This document shows, one piece after another, positions 11,201 to 19,752 of a stretch of 64,000 nt of DNA. Made by a program: the position numbers and the translations under genes. The stretch is taken from assembly GCA_918797485.1 (NCBI GenBank), contig CAKKNE010000003.1, positions 1,736,001-1,800,000 of the forward strand, read 5' to 3'. Source of the DNA: Pelagomonas calceolata (taxonomy: Eukaryota). The stretch's first letter is position 1, and each line of letters starts with the position of its first letter. The notes under the pieces were generated by a model. It made no database searches. It saw nothing but the letters and a program-made list of their open reading frames with translations, and was not told the origin of the DNA.

Positions 11201-11827
11201 GCGCATCGGCGGGCCGAGCGCCTTGACGATGGCCGCTTGCGCCGCGAGCCGGTCCGCGGCCGCCGCCCGGGGCGACGGCGGCCGCCGCGCCGGCGCCGTC
11301 CGCGGCCGGTCGAGCTTCGGCGCCATGCGCTGGCGCAGGCGCGCGATGAGCGCCGGGGACAGCTGGCCATTTTGAGCCGAGGCGCGCTTCGGCGGCGGGC
11401 TGAGCACGCGGCCCTTGAAGCGCAGCGCGCCGTCGGGCTCCTCGCCGACGCGGACGGACGAGAGGGTCTTCGCGAGCGGCGCCGGCTTCTGATGCTGCAC
11501 GTTCTGCGTCGCGGCGCGGAGCCTCGCCAATTTGCCGCCGTCCGAGCCCTCGGCGCGTCTCGCTTTCTCCGCGCGTCTCCGTCTTGAACGCTGTAGCGCA
11601 AGTAATGCGTGCAGTCGCAGCTCGGCCGCGCCGATGCCCGCCACGGAGACGCTCTTGTACTGCGCCCTCAGCAACCGCGTCCGCGCCTGGATGATGGTCG
11701 CGGCCTCGCCGATCGTCAGGCCCTGCACGGGCCGGCGGCGCCGCCCGGCCGTCGCCGGCCGCTGGCCGAGGCCCGTCTGGCGGGCGCCGAGCGTCTCCTC
11801 GAGCCACTTGTAGTGGCTGCTGCTCAT
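2279..11827 (-). CDS. Giant intronless IQ-motif (calmodulin-binding) repeat protein, 3182 aa, ASPM-like IQ array, with possible TORTIFOLIA1/SPIRAL2-like C-terminal domain
   Basis: Dozens of IQ/LQxxxRGxxxR motifs (e.g. AIVIQARTRGALERRR), a charged coiled-coil N-terminal part, a Pro-rich linker and a helical C-terminal domain. No calponin-homology domain seen. Confidence 0.8.
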   Translation of the reverse strand: MSSSHYKWLEETLGARQTGLGQRPATAGRRRRPVQGLTIGEAATIIQARTRLLRAQYKSVSVAGIGAAELRLHALLALQRSRRRRAEKARRAEGSDGGKLARLRAATQNVQHQKPAPLAKTLSSVRVGEEPDGALRFKGRVLSPPPKRASAQNGQLSPALIARLRQRMAPKLDRPRTAPARRPPSPRAAAADRLAAQAAIVKALGPPMRRPPAPVRVLTFNRSDPAPEPPPAPRDADKENAAPEPPEVDGKAALLAAYRKAGGRRDLDLSWTRLHELLRDAGLPARGATAVLAARFVDAGRRLLAADARPFPQDAAEKLQARTRGRAARKGHEERVADYRRRLRARRAAEEARRRDAAAAAEAVLLASPTAARRAREKASDAAQAARRRERAMHDEDARVEAAERARRAAREEAERRERDAAAAAAAAHAAEKREREAARRAREQLARAAEAARVVLALSPRAAKRASQRAAAAAREARRRAEELEAARRAKAEAQRRAAAAQRARAEAARAAESVLLASPKAARRAREKASDAARAARRHERAMHDEEARVEAAARARTVLMLSPKAARRAREAAFVAAAAAGRRAGVARRKEEDAAARLQAALRSRWRRRAIRPAETVQALLEAIVRVQANHRRRARRHALRVMRLGRERAARRWRAAVEIQRRERGRHPRRAFCRMRRCAIWAQRRFRKRAAARRLYKLLAARLSKWKRAALHTLKRHAAEARRQEKLRKRRAATQFLDMHPGRTAKLGKALTLLKRVATKRAASARLALDLRRQHSRAAAAAFAVIKTRARRLKAASATALLAYKHGVRAARTAFARLRRYAGLVALVETLAQSHATTLIHAVALWKRQATKLRAAARLATLLRRQHLEAAGAAFIELKRVAAKRTAAATLLHCLRRQHAAALAAALVELKEDAARRKAKRLRDAASRKAAAERLMALVQNRYEAMCSKALAALRRHAEEARQAQKVDAASKLAAVLARRLHALKTKALQRFRDHMLAQRQLQKRRAASTLVEVLARAYRKLTKKALGLFGENVARSKAFQRRRAVERMARVLNSHYASVQRKAVKDWRLQVIRIREAPRRRAAKRVVACRRVKRVLEQMLCTRLRRGFLALRARMMAARRWEAKRTAAQRLAAVTRARLDAATRRTLEKFLANVRARREADRRRYAAASDMFDALGRLRARRLRGAVAALQLHVLKMRDAEQRRLDAAATVVAALKRQHDFVLKAAFARLAAQCRRAAAAARRRAARRVVGARRFLAACAKRDARLSSIALGTAVATWRAHASKVRAVLKIRSLLFKRINAALQRAVAALRANLLLHVAAATRVETVVRRALALKTFQAAKDVALRLQTRERGRRDRLLAANRRRALAAVRIQTKLRGRAARAAYAAMRRGTLALQSVVRRAMATRRLVRWCRARAARRRFATLLETATRLQHRWRGALWRRCFVGLRAATITTQTAARRGHFLKRYGAYRVRAVRVQTVWRGALSKRRFRDARSRVIALQSVARRWSKRRTLFALRFVRDRAGTLIQSAWRRALAITLVHRLLAERLKRRRAARRASAIVIQARTRGALERRRAARMRHVVIKVQAHRRRSAAQRRFLSCRAAVMTLQARHRGAAARRAFRRTVRVVTAAQARVRRQLARTAFLKGCRGVLAVQTFGRCVAAKRRFADVRHCAIVAQTRRRAWTARRAFARAKNAVRVLQGFLRDFVARRRFERVARRVQRIARLVRTLQTGLRAFLARRRFVVAKRGIVLLQAAWRGRTQRRRAKAIVLQSWTRMLAKRRALRDAIAAATVVQTVGRRSAARNRFRAINAAIVLQAMGRRFMARKRYDVLRAALRLQAAGRRIIATRRLAELKAAVALQTCTRRFVAATRFQRIVHAVTALQARWRCRPLRERYAAVRASTVMIQTNWRRTNMKRKLGDLKWAALFVRAARLRVAATRRFLRLRNAATAIGKTARGWLVRRRFLTFKRCCVRVQANSRRVIQRRRFVRFRESVVAVQTVLRTFLERRRFLAARRAVIKIQAVVRRGVGCRGFRRLKRGATQLQALARAQRATRALARAKSAATVVQARVRGRIEMKSFAGRRRAAVQVQACVRGCLAKRRYLAMRRKAIAVQAVVRRRQGQRRFSIVKGAIIKIQSTERRRHQTKRLRTMKRAAITIQSRRRAATCRSIYVRKRRVAIAVQALIRRRLARRRFLRAKRLCATPQKLERGRVCRRRFTEVRRAAGVAQTLARGVSVKRHLAKYRAAAIVVQSRARRLGARGRYVALKRMVVSLQTAWRARLSFTTYKRQKLCAIAVQTSVRRRAARKYHTALVAAAVRLAARARRDAARKRFRCTVDAIIKMQSIARRLPPRLLTEARRRLPRLQAHARRRARRFDLGEARRAALLIQAAARRSAALKAFSVAKRGVTRLAAQNRGFLARRRVRKLRAERRAAAAVAIQRMTRRATAQNRFARTRRAAGVVQAALRRHAAQNCYEATRGAAARVSARGRGTLARRRYIALLKAACVAQLLARRRSARTTAATRRRRRDAATVLQSLVRGWSRKVWFQGARTAAICLEALARGWFGRRKAKRLRAAIAIEAAGRHFMVRQWYRGTKHATVCVQRRERGVQARRRYAEAQGAAVALQTMARRHLAATSYRNLRVGAAVAQKRARAASAKREAARRRDSRIEALRAQGAVALETTVRRHLAATSYGKLRVGAVVAQKRARAAAARREAARRRRRRVMDSRAAAEAAAEALRSHRRLRAIVLQSWTRMRLARRARRDAITAATVLQTRGRRLLARTVAAMRWRGALVAQKVSRRSVARRRFLEKRRAAVRVQAAARRFLAPPPPAAVAAPPVPPPIAEWAPPAWARRPSPPPPPSPVAVGVDLGGAAPTAPLVDLFGAAAPTPVVDLLGAGPRTVTVDLARERVAAVVDLARAKSPEPPAVETPRQVPVVPPLRLPAVEDDDAPSVEVPPPKEAKPRPLVVRPKEAVAKAPLIVKRVRMQPPASKKVAPVAIAPPPRPRSKSRKRRTAAGAAAAAAQLLRQLNDVEDTLTRAEASATFEPPPPKVPAYRLAWRESQAYLAAGDGEAAVAAVLAANHERTTARLLVALGDVQLSDATLDALLSEVASLLAGDYRAYALPYVAGAAKAGALNRVHAATRAELAAGLADAAARGDGDAGYASKLLGRVGLLAT
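3658..3961 (-). repeat. Intragenic tandem duplication (period about 165 bp) in the IQ protein gene
   Basis: Two copies, 3658-3793 and 3823-3961, encoding GA(A)VAL(E/Q)T..RRHLAATSY..LRVGA.VAQKRARAA.A.REAARRR. Confidence 0.85.
10168..10750 (-). repeat. Intragenic direct repeat (about 127 bp, two copies 456 bp apart)
   Basis: 10168-10294 and 10624-10750 both encode AE.VLLASP.AARRAREKASDAA.AARR.ERAMHDE.ARVEAA. Confidence 0.85.
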
Positions 11828-12302
11828 GGTAGTGTGGTTAGTTTGTCATCGTTCCTAAGGCAGCCCGACGCGTCGTGGCTGTAGCTCATCATTTGTCGTT
11901 GATAGGGCAGCCCGACCGCGTCGAAGTCGTGCTGCTGCGTACGGCGGGAGCACCGTGAGTAGAATGGTGTGCACCTCGCAGCAATCCGCGTGCGAGCGCT
12001 GCCACAGCGCGCAAAACGGGCGCTTCCCGTTGGGTGCGGGTTGCGGAAGCCTTTGAGCCATCCTAAACCCACGAGGCACACGTCAGAGGACTGCGAAGAG
12101 AGATTTATCCCTCCCGTTTGCATGCGACGGGCCGGCGCCTCTCATCTGGCCTCTCAACGCCGGCTCTCTTGCCGCCTCTCCGCCGCGTCGAGGACCGGCG
12201 GCAGCACTAAACAGCAAGCAATTCGCGTCTCTAGCGCCACAGCAGTCGCCACTCCCGCTGCCGTGACCGACTAGCTGACAGGGGCAGCCATTTCATAGCA
12301 CC

Positions 12303-15257
12303 ATGGCATCAGCAGCAGCCGCGCCCGCGCCGGCCCCGGCCGAGGGCGAGGCGCGGCCCTTCACGCCGTCGTCGGGCAAGCGGCCGCCGAGCCGACGCAT
12401 GCCGCCTCTAGATACGGCGAAAAAACGTGCGAGGGAAGAGGCCGAGGAGGCGCTCGCCTCGGCCGTCGCGTCGACCGACCTCGCGGCCATCGACCAGGCC
12501 CTGGCGAGCGCCAAGGCCGCGGGCATCGAGGGCGACCATCCCGCGTTTGCGATCGTCGAGCTCGTCAAGAGCGAGATTGAGCATCATGAAAACATGAAAA
12601 AGCGGGCCGCCGAGATCCTGGAGGCCGGCGTGAGTGCGAAGTCGCTCGTGGCCCTGGGCGCCGGCTTGGAAGCGGCGAAACGCCTAGGCGTCGAGACGGG
12701 GAGCCTCGAGAAGGCCGAGTCGGCGCGCAAGGAACTCGACCACAAAAAGATCCAGGCCGAGGCCGCCGAGGACCTTTGTAGGCGTGCTTTGGAGAAGAAA
12801 GATTTGGCTTCGTTGAAAGCGGCTCTGCAGCAGGCGGAAACAGATGGTGTGGATGTGGAGTATTCGCAGGCTTACATCGATGCCGCGAACTTACGCGACG
12901 ATCTGGAAGAAAGGGAAGCTTCCGTGGCCGAGGCTACCTCCGTACTACAAGCGGCGATTGCCGGCGAGGACGTTCCGAAGCTGGAAGAGGCGATCGCCCA
13001 CGCGAAAACACTCGACGTGGACACGAGCGAGGGGACTCAACGCCTCGAGTCACTACGACAAGCCCAAGCTGACAAACTGGAAGCTCTAGCGGCGCTGGAG
13101 AAGGTTTGCGAAGGCGAGGATTTGGATCTTATAGACGCGGCCCTCGCGAAGGCGTCAGAAGCGGGCGTGGCCGAGGACGCTCTAGCGAAGGCTAAGGCGA
13201 CGCGGGAGAAGGTCGTCGAGGTGCTCGAGGCGCGCAGTGCGGCGGTCATGAACCTCGAGATGGTCGGCTCCGAAGAGGGCGATGAGGTCGAGGCCTACGA
13301 CGTGGCTTTAGAAGCTGCCACGAAGGCCGGCGTCGCGGACGACCACGCCGCCGTCCAATTGTGCCAGAAGGCGCGCGCCGCCGCCGTCGAGCGGAACGCC
13401 ACCAAGGCACAGGCCCTCGAGGCATGCACAAGCGTGTCGACGATCGAGGAGCTCGAGGCGGCGCTGGCAACGGCGACGGAGCTCGCGCTCGTCGAGGACG
13501 AGGTCCGGGACGCCGCCGACCGCCTGGCCCAGCTCCAGGCGGACAAGGCCAAAAGAGACGAGGCCGAGGAGGCCTTGCAACAGGCGAGCGCCTCCGACTC
13601 CCTGGCTCAAGTGGATGAGGCCCTCGCGAGGGCCGAGGAGGCCGGCGTGGACATGACTGGTGCTGCTGCGACGGCGTGTAAAGCGAAGAAGGACGCGCTC
13701 GAGGCGCAGGCGAAGGCGCGCGCGGCCGCGACCGCGTCGCTCATCGAGGCGCGCGGCGGCGACGCCCTCGATATCCTAGAAAGGGCCCTGGACGCGGCTT
13801 TAGCATCTGGTGTTGATCCTGATAGTGACGAAGTGCTCGATGCGAAAGCAAAAAGAGATTTACTGCACACGCGGAAGTCGGCCGAGGAAGCGTTAGATGC
13901 CGCGATGACTTCTGATGATCCGGAAGCCATCGGGCACCTCCTCGAGTTCCTGCGGTTCAGTTCGCCGGACGCGCTGCCGTCGGACGAGAAGCTGCTCGAG
14001 GCCGAAAAGAAGCGGGACGAACTCGCGGTGAAAGTCGAGGAGAAGCGGGCGGCGCTCGGGAGGTTATTGGAGGCACTGGCGGCGCGGGATATTCAAGCTA
14101 TCGACGCGGCGCTTGGTAGTGCCGTGGCTGCTGGCTGTTCAAAAGAGTCGGACGAGATCGTCGAAGCGGGCAAGGCCCGCGAGGCGATCGTCGCCGAGGA
14201 ACAGGCCAAGAAAGAGGCGTCCGACGCCTTGACCGAGGCCATGGCCAAGGCCGCCGACGACCCTTCGGACGAGGACGCCGCGGCGCTGCGGAAGTGCGTG
14301 GAACAGGCGGAAGCTCTTAAGGTCGACGTGACGGAGGGTCGGGCCGCGCTGGACGCGGCCGACGCCGCGTGCGCGAAGCGGAAGGCCGACGAGGCCGCGC
14401 GGTCCAAGGCCATTGCGGCGCTCACGATCCTCGCGGCCCAGGAGGCGCCGACGGTCGATGAATTAAGGGAGGCCCTGGCCGCGGCGGACGCGGCGTTCGT
14501 CCGGCGGAGCTCGGACGAGTATAAACAGGTGTCTGATTTGTGCGAGGCGCGAGTTACCGCACAAAGCGCGTTAACCGAAGCCACGGCGGCGCGGCCCTGC
14601 CTGTTAAAGGTGCTCGAGGCGCGCACCGCCGAGGCCAAAGCCTCTGGTTTAAAAGATGACGCCGCGTTTGCCGAAGCTCAGAAAGTGTCCGACGCGCTGC
14701 GGGGCCACGAATCGCTCCTGCGGGACCTCGCGGCCCGCGGCGACCCCGGCCTAGCGGAAGCCTTGGAGAAGGCCGCCGCCGACGGCTTCACGGAGGACGA
14801 GGCCGTGACGCTGGCCCAGGCGTCCAAGGGATTACTGGACGCGTTGGCGTCCGGCGACGTCGCGACGGTCGACGCGGCGCTAGGGGAGGCGGCCTGCCTC
14901 GGCGACTGCGCCGCTCTCACAAACGCAAAACAGAAGCGGGATCAACTTGAATCGGACTTGGCCGCGACGAAGCTCCAGGGCGCGCGCCGGTCGTCGCTCG
15001 CCAAGGAGCGCGTCAAGCAGCTCACGCAGCATGAAAGTGATAGGGTCGCCGCCATCGCCGAGCTGAAGCGGGCCTCGGCGGCGGCGTGCGCGTCGCTCGA
15101 AGCCTCCTTCCGGCGGACCGAGGAGCCGGGTTTTCCCAAGGTGCTCACGGCCGCGACGAGTGCGGTCGAGCTTTTGGACCGCGTCGTCGCCGAGGTGGCC
15201 GCTTCCGCGCCGGCGCCGGCTGGCGTTGCGGAGGGGCCGGCGCCTAGTCCGACGTAA
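12303..15257 (+). CDS. Hypothetical Ala/Glu-rich alpha-helical repeat protein, 984 aa
   Basis: Long ORF with normal codon usage, recurring approximately 45-50 aa units (L..A....D...L..AL..A...GV) and one IQ-like motif near the C-terminus (ATKLQGARRS). Confidence 0.75.
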   Translation: MASAAAAPAPAPAEGEARPFTPSSGKRPPSRRMPPLDTAKKRAREEAEEALASAVASTDLAAIDQALASAKAAGIEGDHPAFAIVELVKSEIEHHENMKKRAAEILEAGVSAKSLVALGAGLEAAKRLGVETGSLEKAESARKELDHKKIQAEAAEDLCRRALEKKDLASLKAALQQAETDGVDVEYSQAYIDAANLRDDLEEREASVAEATSVLQAAIAGEDVPKLEEAIAHAKTLDVDTSEGTQRLESLRQAQADKLEALAALEKVCEGEDLDLIDAALAKASEAGVAEDALAKAKATREKVVEVLEARSAAVMNLEMVGSEEGDEVEAYDVALEAATKAGVADDHAAVQLCQKARAAAVERNATKAQALEACTSVSTIEELEAALATATELALVEDEVRDAADRLAQLQADKAKRDEAEEALQQASASDSLAQVDEALARAEEAGVDMTGAAATACKAKKDALEAQAKARAAATASLIEARGGDALDILERALDAALASGVDPDSDEVLDAKAKRDLLHTRKSAEEALDAAMTSDDPEAIGHLLEFLRFSSPDALPSDEKLLEAEKKRDELAVKVEEKRAALGRLLEALAARDIQAIDAALGSAVAAGCSKESDEIVEAGKAREAIVAEEQAKKEASDALTEAMAKAADDPSDEDAAALRKCVEQAEALKVDVTEGRAALDAADAACAKRKADEAARSKAIAALTILAAQEAPTVDELREALAAADAAFVRRSSDEYKQVSDLCEARVTAQSALTEATAARPCLLKVLEARTAEAKASGLKDDAAFAEAQKVSDALRGHESLLRDLAARGDPGLAEALEKAAADGFTEDEAVTLAQASKGLLDALASGDVATVDAALGEAACLGDCAALTNAKQKRDQLESDLAATKLQGARRSSLAKERVKQLTQHESDRVAAIAELKRASAAACASLEASFRRTEEPGFPKVLTAATSAVELLDRVVAEVAASAPAPAGVAEGPAPSPT

Positions 15258-15315
15258 GTGTCTTCTACCTAGATCTTGTGGTTCTGTGAGGCTTTTTGGA
15301 GGGCTCCCAAAATTC

Positions 15316-15339
15316 CTAGTGTGTTGACGACGCCGCTAG
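15316..15339 (-). promoter_or_regulatory. CTAG-bounded motif, copy 2 (minus strand CTAGCGGCGTCGTCAACACACTAG)
   Basis: About 80 bp upstream of ATG 15418. Confidence 0.5.
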
Positions 15340-15417
15340 GTATTATCGGGTTGAGTGAGAGCAAAACGTAAGATCAACGCTGATGAGAGCACGCTGGACG
15401 TAGCAGTGCTCATCAGA

Positions 15418-17412
15418 ATGATGCTTCGAAGTCTCTTGCTCGCTTTGGCAACCTCGCGATGCGCTGGGGATGGCATTGAGGACAGCAAGGCTGCAGATGA
15501 TGCACCGCTCTGGCGGCGCGTCGTCGACGCGGTCCCAAAACGCCTCAGCACGCTGACGTTAACAGAACAACGCGACCGCATGGCCCTCTGGCAGCGCGGC
15601 ATCCACGCACTACCCGAGAATGTTGATGTGGGCACCTACGCGCGGCATGCCCGCCTCCTACCGATCTTGAGACACCGCGGCGGCGCCGACTGCTCGGAGC
15701 AGGGCTGCGACGTCGGCAAGGTCGACTACGGCGCGCTGACGCGGAAGCTCGGCCCCGACTTCGCCGAGGCGCTGCGGGAAAACGAGCGCGAGCACCTCAA
15801 GGACTGCGCCAAGTCCTGCGAGAAGTTTTATTGTGGGGCCGCCCCCTCAAAACCCTGGCAGACGCGGAGCATCTCCATGGGGAGCGTGCCGCCGGAGGAC
15901 TTCGCGCAGGAGTTCGCGTTTCCCCTGGACCTCATCAAGGTGACACAGGAGCCGATAGTCTCCAAGGAAGAAGCCGCGAGGGCCATCGCGTTGGCAAGAG
16001 AGGAAAATGTTGATATCAACGAGTACACGTCCGGCAAGTATAAACTCGGAGGCGACTGGCTCGCGAAGATGGACAAGACGAGAAATTGGTTCAATACTCA
16101 ACTGGAGGAAAATATCTTCCCGGCCATCGCGGCGAGTTTCCCCGAGGTCGTCACGAACGTCTCTACGCTGCGAGCTCATAGTGTAGCCATGCTCAAGTAC
16201 AACGCGACGCACCCGCGCACCGACGTTCATATCGACAACGGTGTCTTGGCTTTGACGTTGGCGCTGAGTCCGCAGACGGACTACGAAGGCGGGGGTACCT
16301 TCTTCGAGCACCTCGGCGAAGATGCGCTCGTGGAAATGGACGCGGGGCACGCGACGTGGCGGCCTGGCAGTGTCAGGCACGGCGGCCATAGAGTGTCGAG
16401 TGGTCAGAGATATATTATTGGGGCATTTTTACTGCTGGAAGATAGGGTCGAGCACGTGAGGCGGTTAAAGAATCGCGGTGCCAAGCTTCGACAGAAAGGC
16501 GACTTAAATGGCGCCATCCGGCACTTCGAGTGGGCGCTGGCCATCAACGGCAAGTGCGCGACGTGCCTCAAGGATTTGTCCGAATTGAGAAGTTCGCTGG
16601 CGGACATGGAGCCCCAGCAACGTAATGAACATCTCAAGGAGGCAGAGGCGTTCATCCGACGGTCGCTGGACCTGTTGCCTTCGGATTCTGATGCTCTCTT
16701 CAACCTCGGATTAGTCTTGTCGAAGAAGGGCGATTCGAAGGGCGCCTTGGAGGCGTACGAGGCCTCGGCGGCGGTGAACGCCGACGATGTGGAACTGCTC
16801 TACAACCTCGCGATGAAGTACGAGGAGGCAAACAGGAAAGAAGAGGGTATACAAGCGTACCGCAAGGCCCTGAAGGCGCAGCCGTCCTTCGGGAAAGCTA
16901 GATGTAACCTGGGGGCGGCTTTAGCGGAGAGCGGGGACCTGGACGGGGCTCTGGTCGAGTTCCTCGAGGCGGTGCGCTATGATCCTTCCTCTCCGACGCC
17001 GTGGCAGAATTTGGCGGTCTTGTACCACAAGCAGGGTGTTAGTACCGTGCAGGGCCTGGCGCAGTGCGCCTCCAAAGAAGCCGCCGTCGAGATTAGTAGG
17101 ACGGCGTCTCATGCCTTGGGGGAGGCCGATAACGCTTGGCGGAAGGTCATGGACTTGGTCGACGACCAGCGCACGAAGCAGGAGACCGTGACGCGGCTCG
17201 CGCAAGTCCTGCAGCTGCGGGGCCGCGCCGTCGCGATCGAGGACCCCGCCGCGGCGCTGCCCCACTTCCTCGAGGCGACGCAGCTGCTCCCGACGGAGCC
17301 GAGCGCGTGGGAGGCGCTCGCCAAGGTCTACCACATCGTCGGGGACGAGGTCAACAGCAAGAAGGCGGGGGCGCGGCTCGGGGTGCTGCGGTCGCTCGCG
17401 CCGCAGCGGTAG
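15418..17412 (+). CDS. Secretory-pathway 2OG-Fe(II) oxygenase (P4H/PLOD-like) with C-terminal TPR repeats
   Basis: Signal peptide MMLRSLLLALATSRCAG; HxD (VHID), YEGGGTFF, distal His (RHGG) and RY motif intact; several TPRs (ALFNLGLVLSKKGD, ARCNLGAALAESGD). Confidence 0.85.
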   Translation: MMLRSLLLALATSRCAGDGIEDSKAADDAPLWRRVVDAVPKRLSTLTLTEQRDRMALWQRGIHALPENVDVGTYARHARLLPILRHRGGADCSEQGCDVGKVDYGALTRKLGPDFAEALRENEREHLKDCAKSCEKFYCGAAPSKPWQTRSISMGSVPPEDFAQEFAFPLDLIKVTQEPIVSKEEAARAIALAREENVDINEYTSGKYKLGGDWLAKMDKTRNWFNTQLEENIFPAIAASFPEVVTNVSTLRAHSVAMLKYNATHPRTDVHIDNGVLALTLALSPQTDYEGGGTFFEHLGEDALVEMDAGHATWRPGSVRHGGHRVSSGQRYIIGAFLLLEDRVEHVRRLKNRGAKLRQKGDLNGAIRHFEWALAINGKCATCLKDLSELRSSLADMEPQQRNEHLKEAEAFIRRSLDLLPSDSDALFNLGLVLSKKGDSKGALEAYEASAAVNADDVELLYNLAMKYEEANRKEEGIQAYRKALKAQPSFGKARCNLGAALAESGDLDGALVEFLEAVRYDPSSPTPWQNLAVLYHKQGVSTVQGLAQCASKEAAVEISRTASHALGEADNAWRKVMDLVDDQRTKQETVTRLAQVLQLRGRAVAIEDPAAALPHFLEATQLLPTEPSAWEALAKVYHIVGDEVNSKKAGARLGVLRSLAPQR

Positions 17413-17446
17413 TAACTACTCGTTGCCCACTTTTTTTACTCGCTAA

Positions 17447-18844
17447 CTAAGTGAGAAACTTCAGTGCGTACGACGCGATGTCGACGTGACCGGAATCGAC
17501 GAGGCGGAAGAGGATACAGTTCGCGCGGCCCGAGTCGGCCCAGGCGAAGGCCTCGTCCGCGATGGTGACACGCGGCTCCACTCGAAGCGCGCGGCCCGCG
17601 GCCCGTGCGAAGCCGTCGGCAGGCGAAGACGAAGGCCTCGTCCGCAACAGCAATATCTTAACGAGGACGGATTTCGGCGTGTCCATGTCCCATGAATAAG
17701 CAAATCCGTCGCGGTCCGCTACGGCGATCCGCCGGCCGTCCAGCGAGATGGCAAGGCAGGAGAGCCAGTGGGACGAGCCAGGAGCGATGATTGAGTGAGC
17801 GTCGATGACATGCTCCAGAGTGCCCGACCGAACAGAATAGAGCGTGACCGCGGCGCCTGACGAGGTCGTGTGACCCTGAAACCTGCTCGTTTCGATGAGA
17901 GCGACGTTGAGGCCGTCCGGGGTGAACGTCGGCGACAGGCAAATATTCACTTCGTGTAGTACCGTCTTGCACGCCTCCGTCGTGCCGCCGCTGCACGCGA
18001 GTAGGCCCTCGTCGTCTCGCACGAGGCGGTACAGCCAGGCCCCGCGGTCGGAACAGAAGGCGATGATTGGCGCATCCGGGCTGGCCGCCGGGCTGACCGC
18101 GATCTCGGGCTGAACAAAGTTCGAGTTGACTTCGCGTAATTCAACGACCTTGAACGTGTCTAGATCCCACACGGCCGTCACGTCGCGTCCGGCCGTGACA
18201 AGCGTCGCGGAGTCGATCCACGCGAGGGCGCGCCCACTCAGGCAGGCACCCGTCTTCGAACCTTCGTACCGCTCGCTCCCCGCGTGAGTAGTGAGCTCGC
18301 AGTACATCGGTCGGTCGCTCCAGTAGTCCTCGTCGGACTCGGAGTCCTCGTCGGTACTATACACCTCCTCGCCTTCGAAGAGATTTTCCTCGGCTCCAGG
18401 AGCGTCAAGGAGCTTCCTCACCACGCGCACGCGAATCAAACCCTCGTAGAGCCCGCACGCGACCAATCGTTCGTCCGGCGAGAACGCGCAGCAGACTTCG
18501 GCTCCTGCAACATCGTCGGCGACAGCGACGTGACCCGACCTTCGGAAATCAAAGCCGCGCAAGCAGCCGTCGAACCCGCAGTGGGCGACGATCCCGCGCC
18601 TGGGCGCGACGGTCACCGACATGATCGGCGTCCCATCGGCGTCCCACATTCCCGCTACATGGGTAAATTCCCACTCCCGTCCGGTGCGCGCGTCCCAGAC
18701 CCGGCATTTACCGTCCATGCCAGCGGTCACGACGGTCGCGGCGTCGACAAAAGCTATGTCATGCACACTGGGGTGGGCCCCATCTCTCATGAATTTTCGA
18801 GCGTTCTCGGTGGCGTGCTCGCCGAAGGTCAGTTTGGAGAACAT
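17447..18844 (-). CDS. WD40-repeat protein (start may extend to ATG 18896)
   Basis: VVTAGMDGKCRVWD, AHCGFDGCLRGFD, LVTAGRDVTAVWD, IAVADRDGFAYSWD. Confidence 0.8.
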   Translation of the reverse strand: MFSKLTFGEHATENARKFMRDGAHPSVHDIAFVDAATVVTAGMDGKCRVWDARTGREWEFTHVAGMWDADGTPIMSVTVAPRRGIVAHCGFDGCLRGFDFRRSGHVAVADDVAGAEVCCAFSPDERLVACGLYEGLIRVRVVRKLLDAPGAEENLFEGEEVYSTDEDSESDEDYWSDRPMYCELTTHAGSERYEGSKTGACLSGRALAWIDSATLVTAGRDVTAVWDLDTFKVVELREVNSNFVQPEIAVSPAASPDAPIIAFCSDRGAWLYRLVRDDEGLLACSGGTTEACKTVLHEVNICLSPTFTPDGLNVALIETSRFQGHTTSSGAAVTLYSVRSGTLEHVIDAHSIIAPGSSHWLSCLAISLDGRRIAVADRDGFAYSWDMDTPKSVLVKILLLRTRPSSSPADGFARAAGRALRVEPRVTIADEAFAWADSGRANCILFRLVDSGHVDIASYALKFLT

Positions 18845-18910
18845 CGTCTGTCCCTCACGGCGCTCGTTCGCGCTCGACGCCGCGCGCGCGCGCATCGTCA
18901 AAACAGGTTT

Positions 18911-18931
18911 CTAGTGTGTTATTCTCGCTAG
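18911..18931 (-). promoter_or_regulatory. CTAG-bounded motif, copy 3 (minus strand CTAGCGAGAATAACACACTAG)
   Basis: In the divergent promoter between the WD40 and fibrillin genes. Confidence 0.55.
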
Positions 18932-19058
18932 CTCCGCTAGCTCGGCCCAGGCCTTTTTTTCACTCACTCCGGCGCCTGCTGGTTCTGAAGCACCAGTTTA
19001 TTGCCTCCCGCCTTCGTTTCCTCTCGTTGCACCAGCCGTGCGCCAAGAATAGTGACAA

Positions 19059-19748
19059 ATGCGCTTTTTGGCAGCCATTGCGATCTCTGGTGCTCATGCT
19101 TTGGTCTTGAGCCGGCACGTCGTGCCCACACGACTGGCAGCTGCAGTATCCACCGACGCCGAGAGCACTACTACGGCAGACTTGAAAAAAACACTCCTGC
19201 GAGCGGTCGGCAACGAAGACCGCAGCGAGCGAGACATCCTCGACGCCGCGGCAGCGCTCGAAGACCTGAACGTCCGCACCGGCAGCGTCTCCGGCAAATG
19301 GGCTCTAGTGTTCTCGACGCAGACCGCGAGACCAAAGGAGTCGGCCGCCAAAAGCATCATGGACCTGCCGCAAGAAGTGTCGAACGCCATCTACTCGGTA
19401 CTGTTCAAGGTCGCGCCCTTCCTTGCCGGCGGCCAGGAGCGGCGGCGGCAGAAAGCGTTCTCAGTGGCGAACGAACAAACCGTGGACGTGGCGGCGGGCA
19501 CCGTCGACAATCGCGTGACATTGACGCTCAACAAACAAAAAATAGACATACGCGTCTTCGGCGCCGCGAGACCCACAAACGACGACGACACGCTCGAGAT
19601 ATGCTTCGAGGGCTTCGAGCTCGGCGGCCTCCCGACGATTCCTCTGCCGCGACCCGTCGGACGCATCGTCACGACCTTCGTCGACGACGACCTGCGCCTG
19701 TCGCGCGGGAGTCGGGGGGGACTCTTCGTCCTAAAACGGATCAGGTAG
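19059..19748 (+). CDS. Plastid lipid-associated protein / fibrillin (PAP_fibrillin) family
   Basis: Bipartite presequence; SGKWALVFST and C-terminal TTFVDDDLRLSRGSRGGLFVL, typical of fibrillins. Confidence 0.85.
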   Translation: MRFLAAIAISGAHALVLSRHVVPTRLAAAVSTDAESTTTADLKKTLLRAVGNEDRSERDILDAAAALEDLNVRTGSVSGKWALVFSTQTARPKESAAKSIMDLPQEVSNAIYSVLFKVAPFLAGGQERRRQKAFSVANEQTVDVAAGTVDNRVTLTLNKQKIDIRVFGAARPTNDDDTLEICFEGFELGGLPTIPLPRPVGRIVTTFVDDDLRLSRGSRGGLFVLKRIR

Positions 19749-19752
19749 TAGA

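Noticed and set aside
2386..11813. Dozens of overlapping Arg/Ala/Pro-rich ORFs on other frames (likewise throughout the window)
   Set aside because: Shadow ORFs caused by high GC and few stop codons; no motifs, and they overlap better-supported genes.
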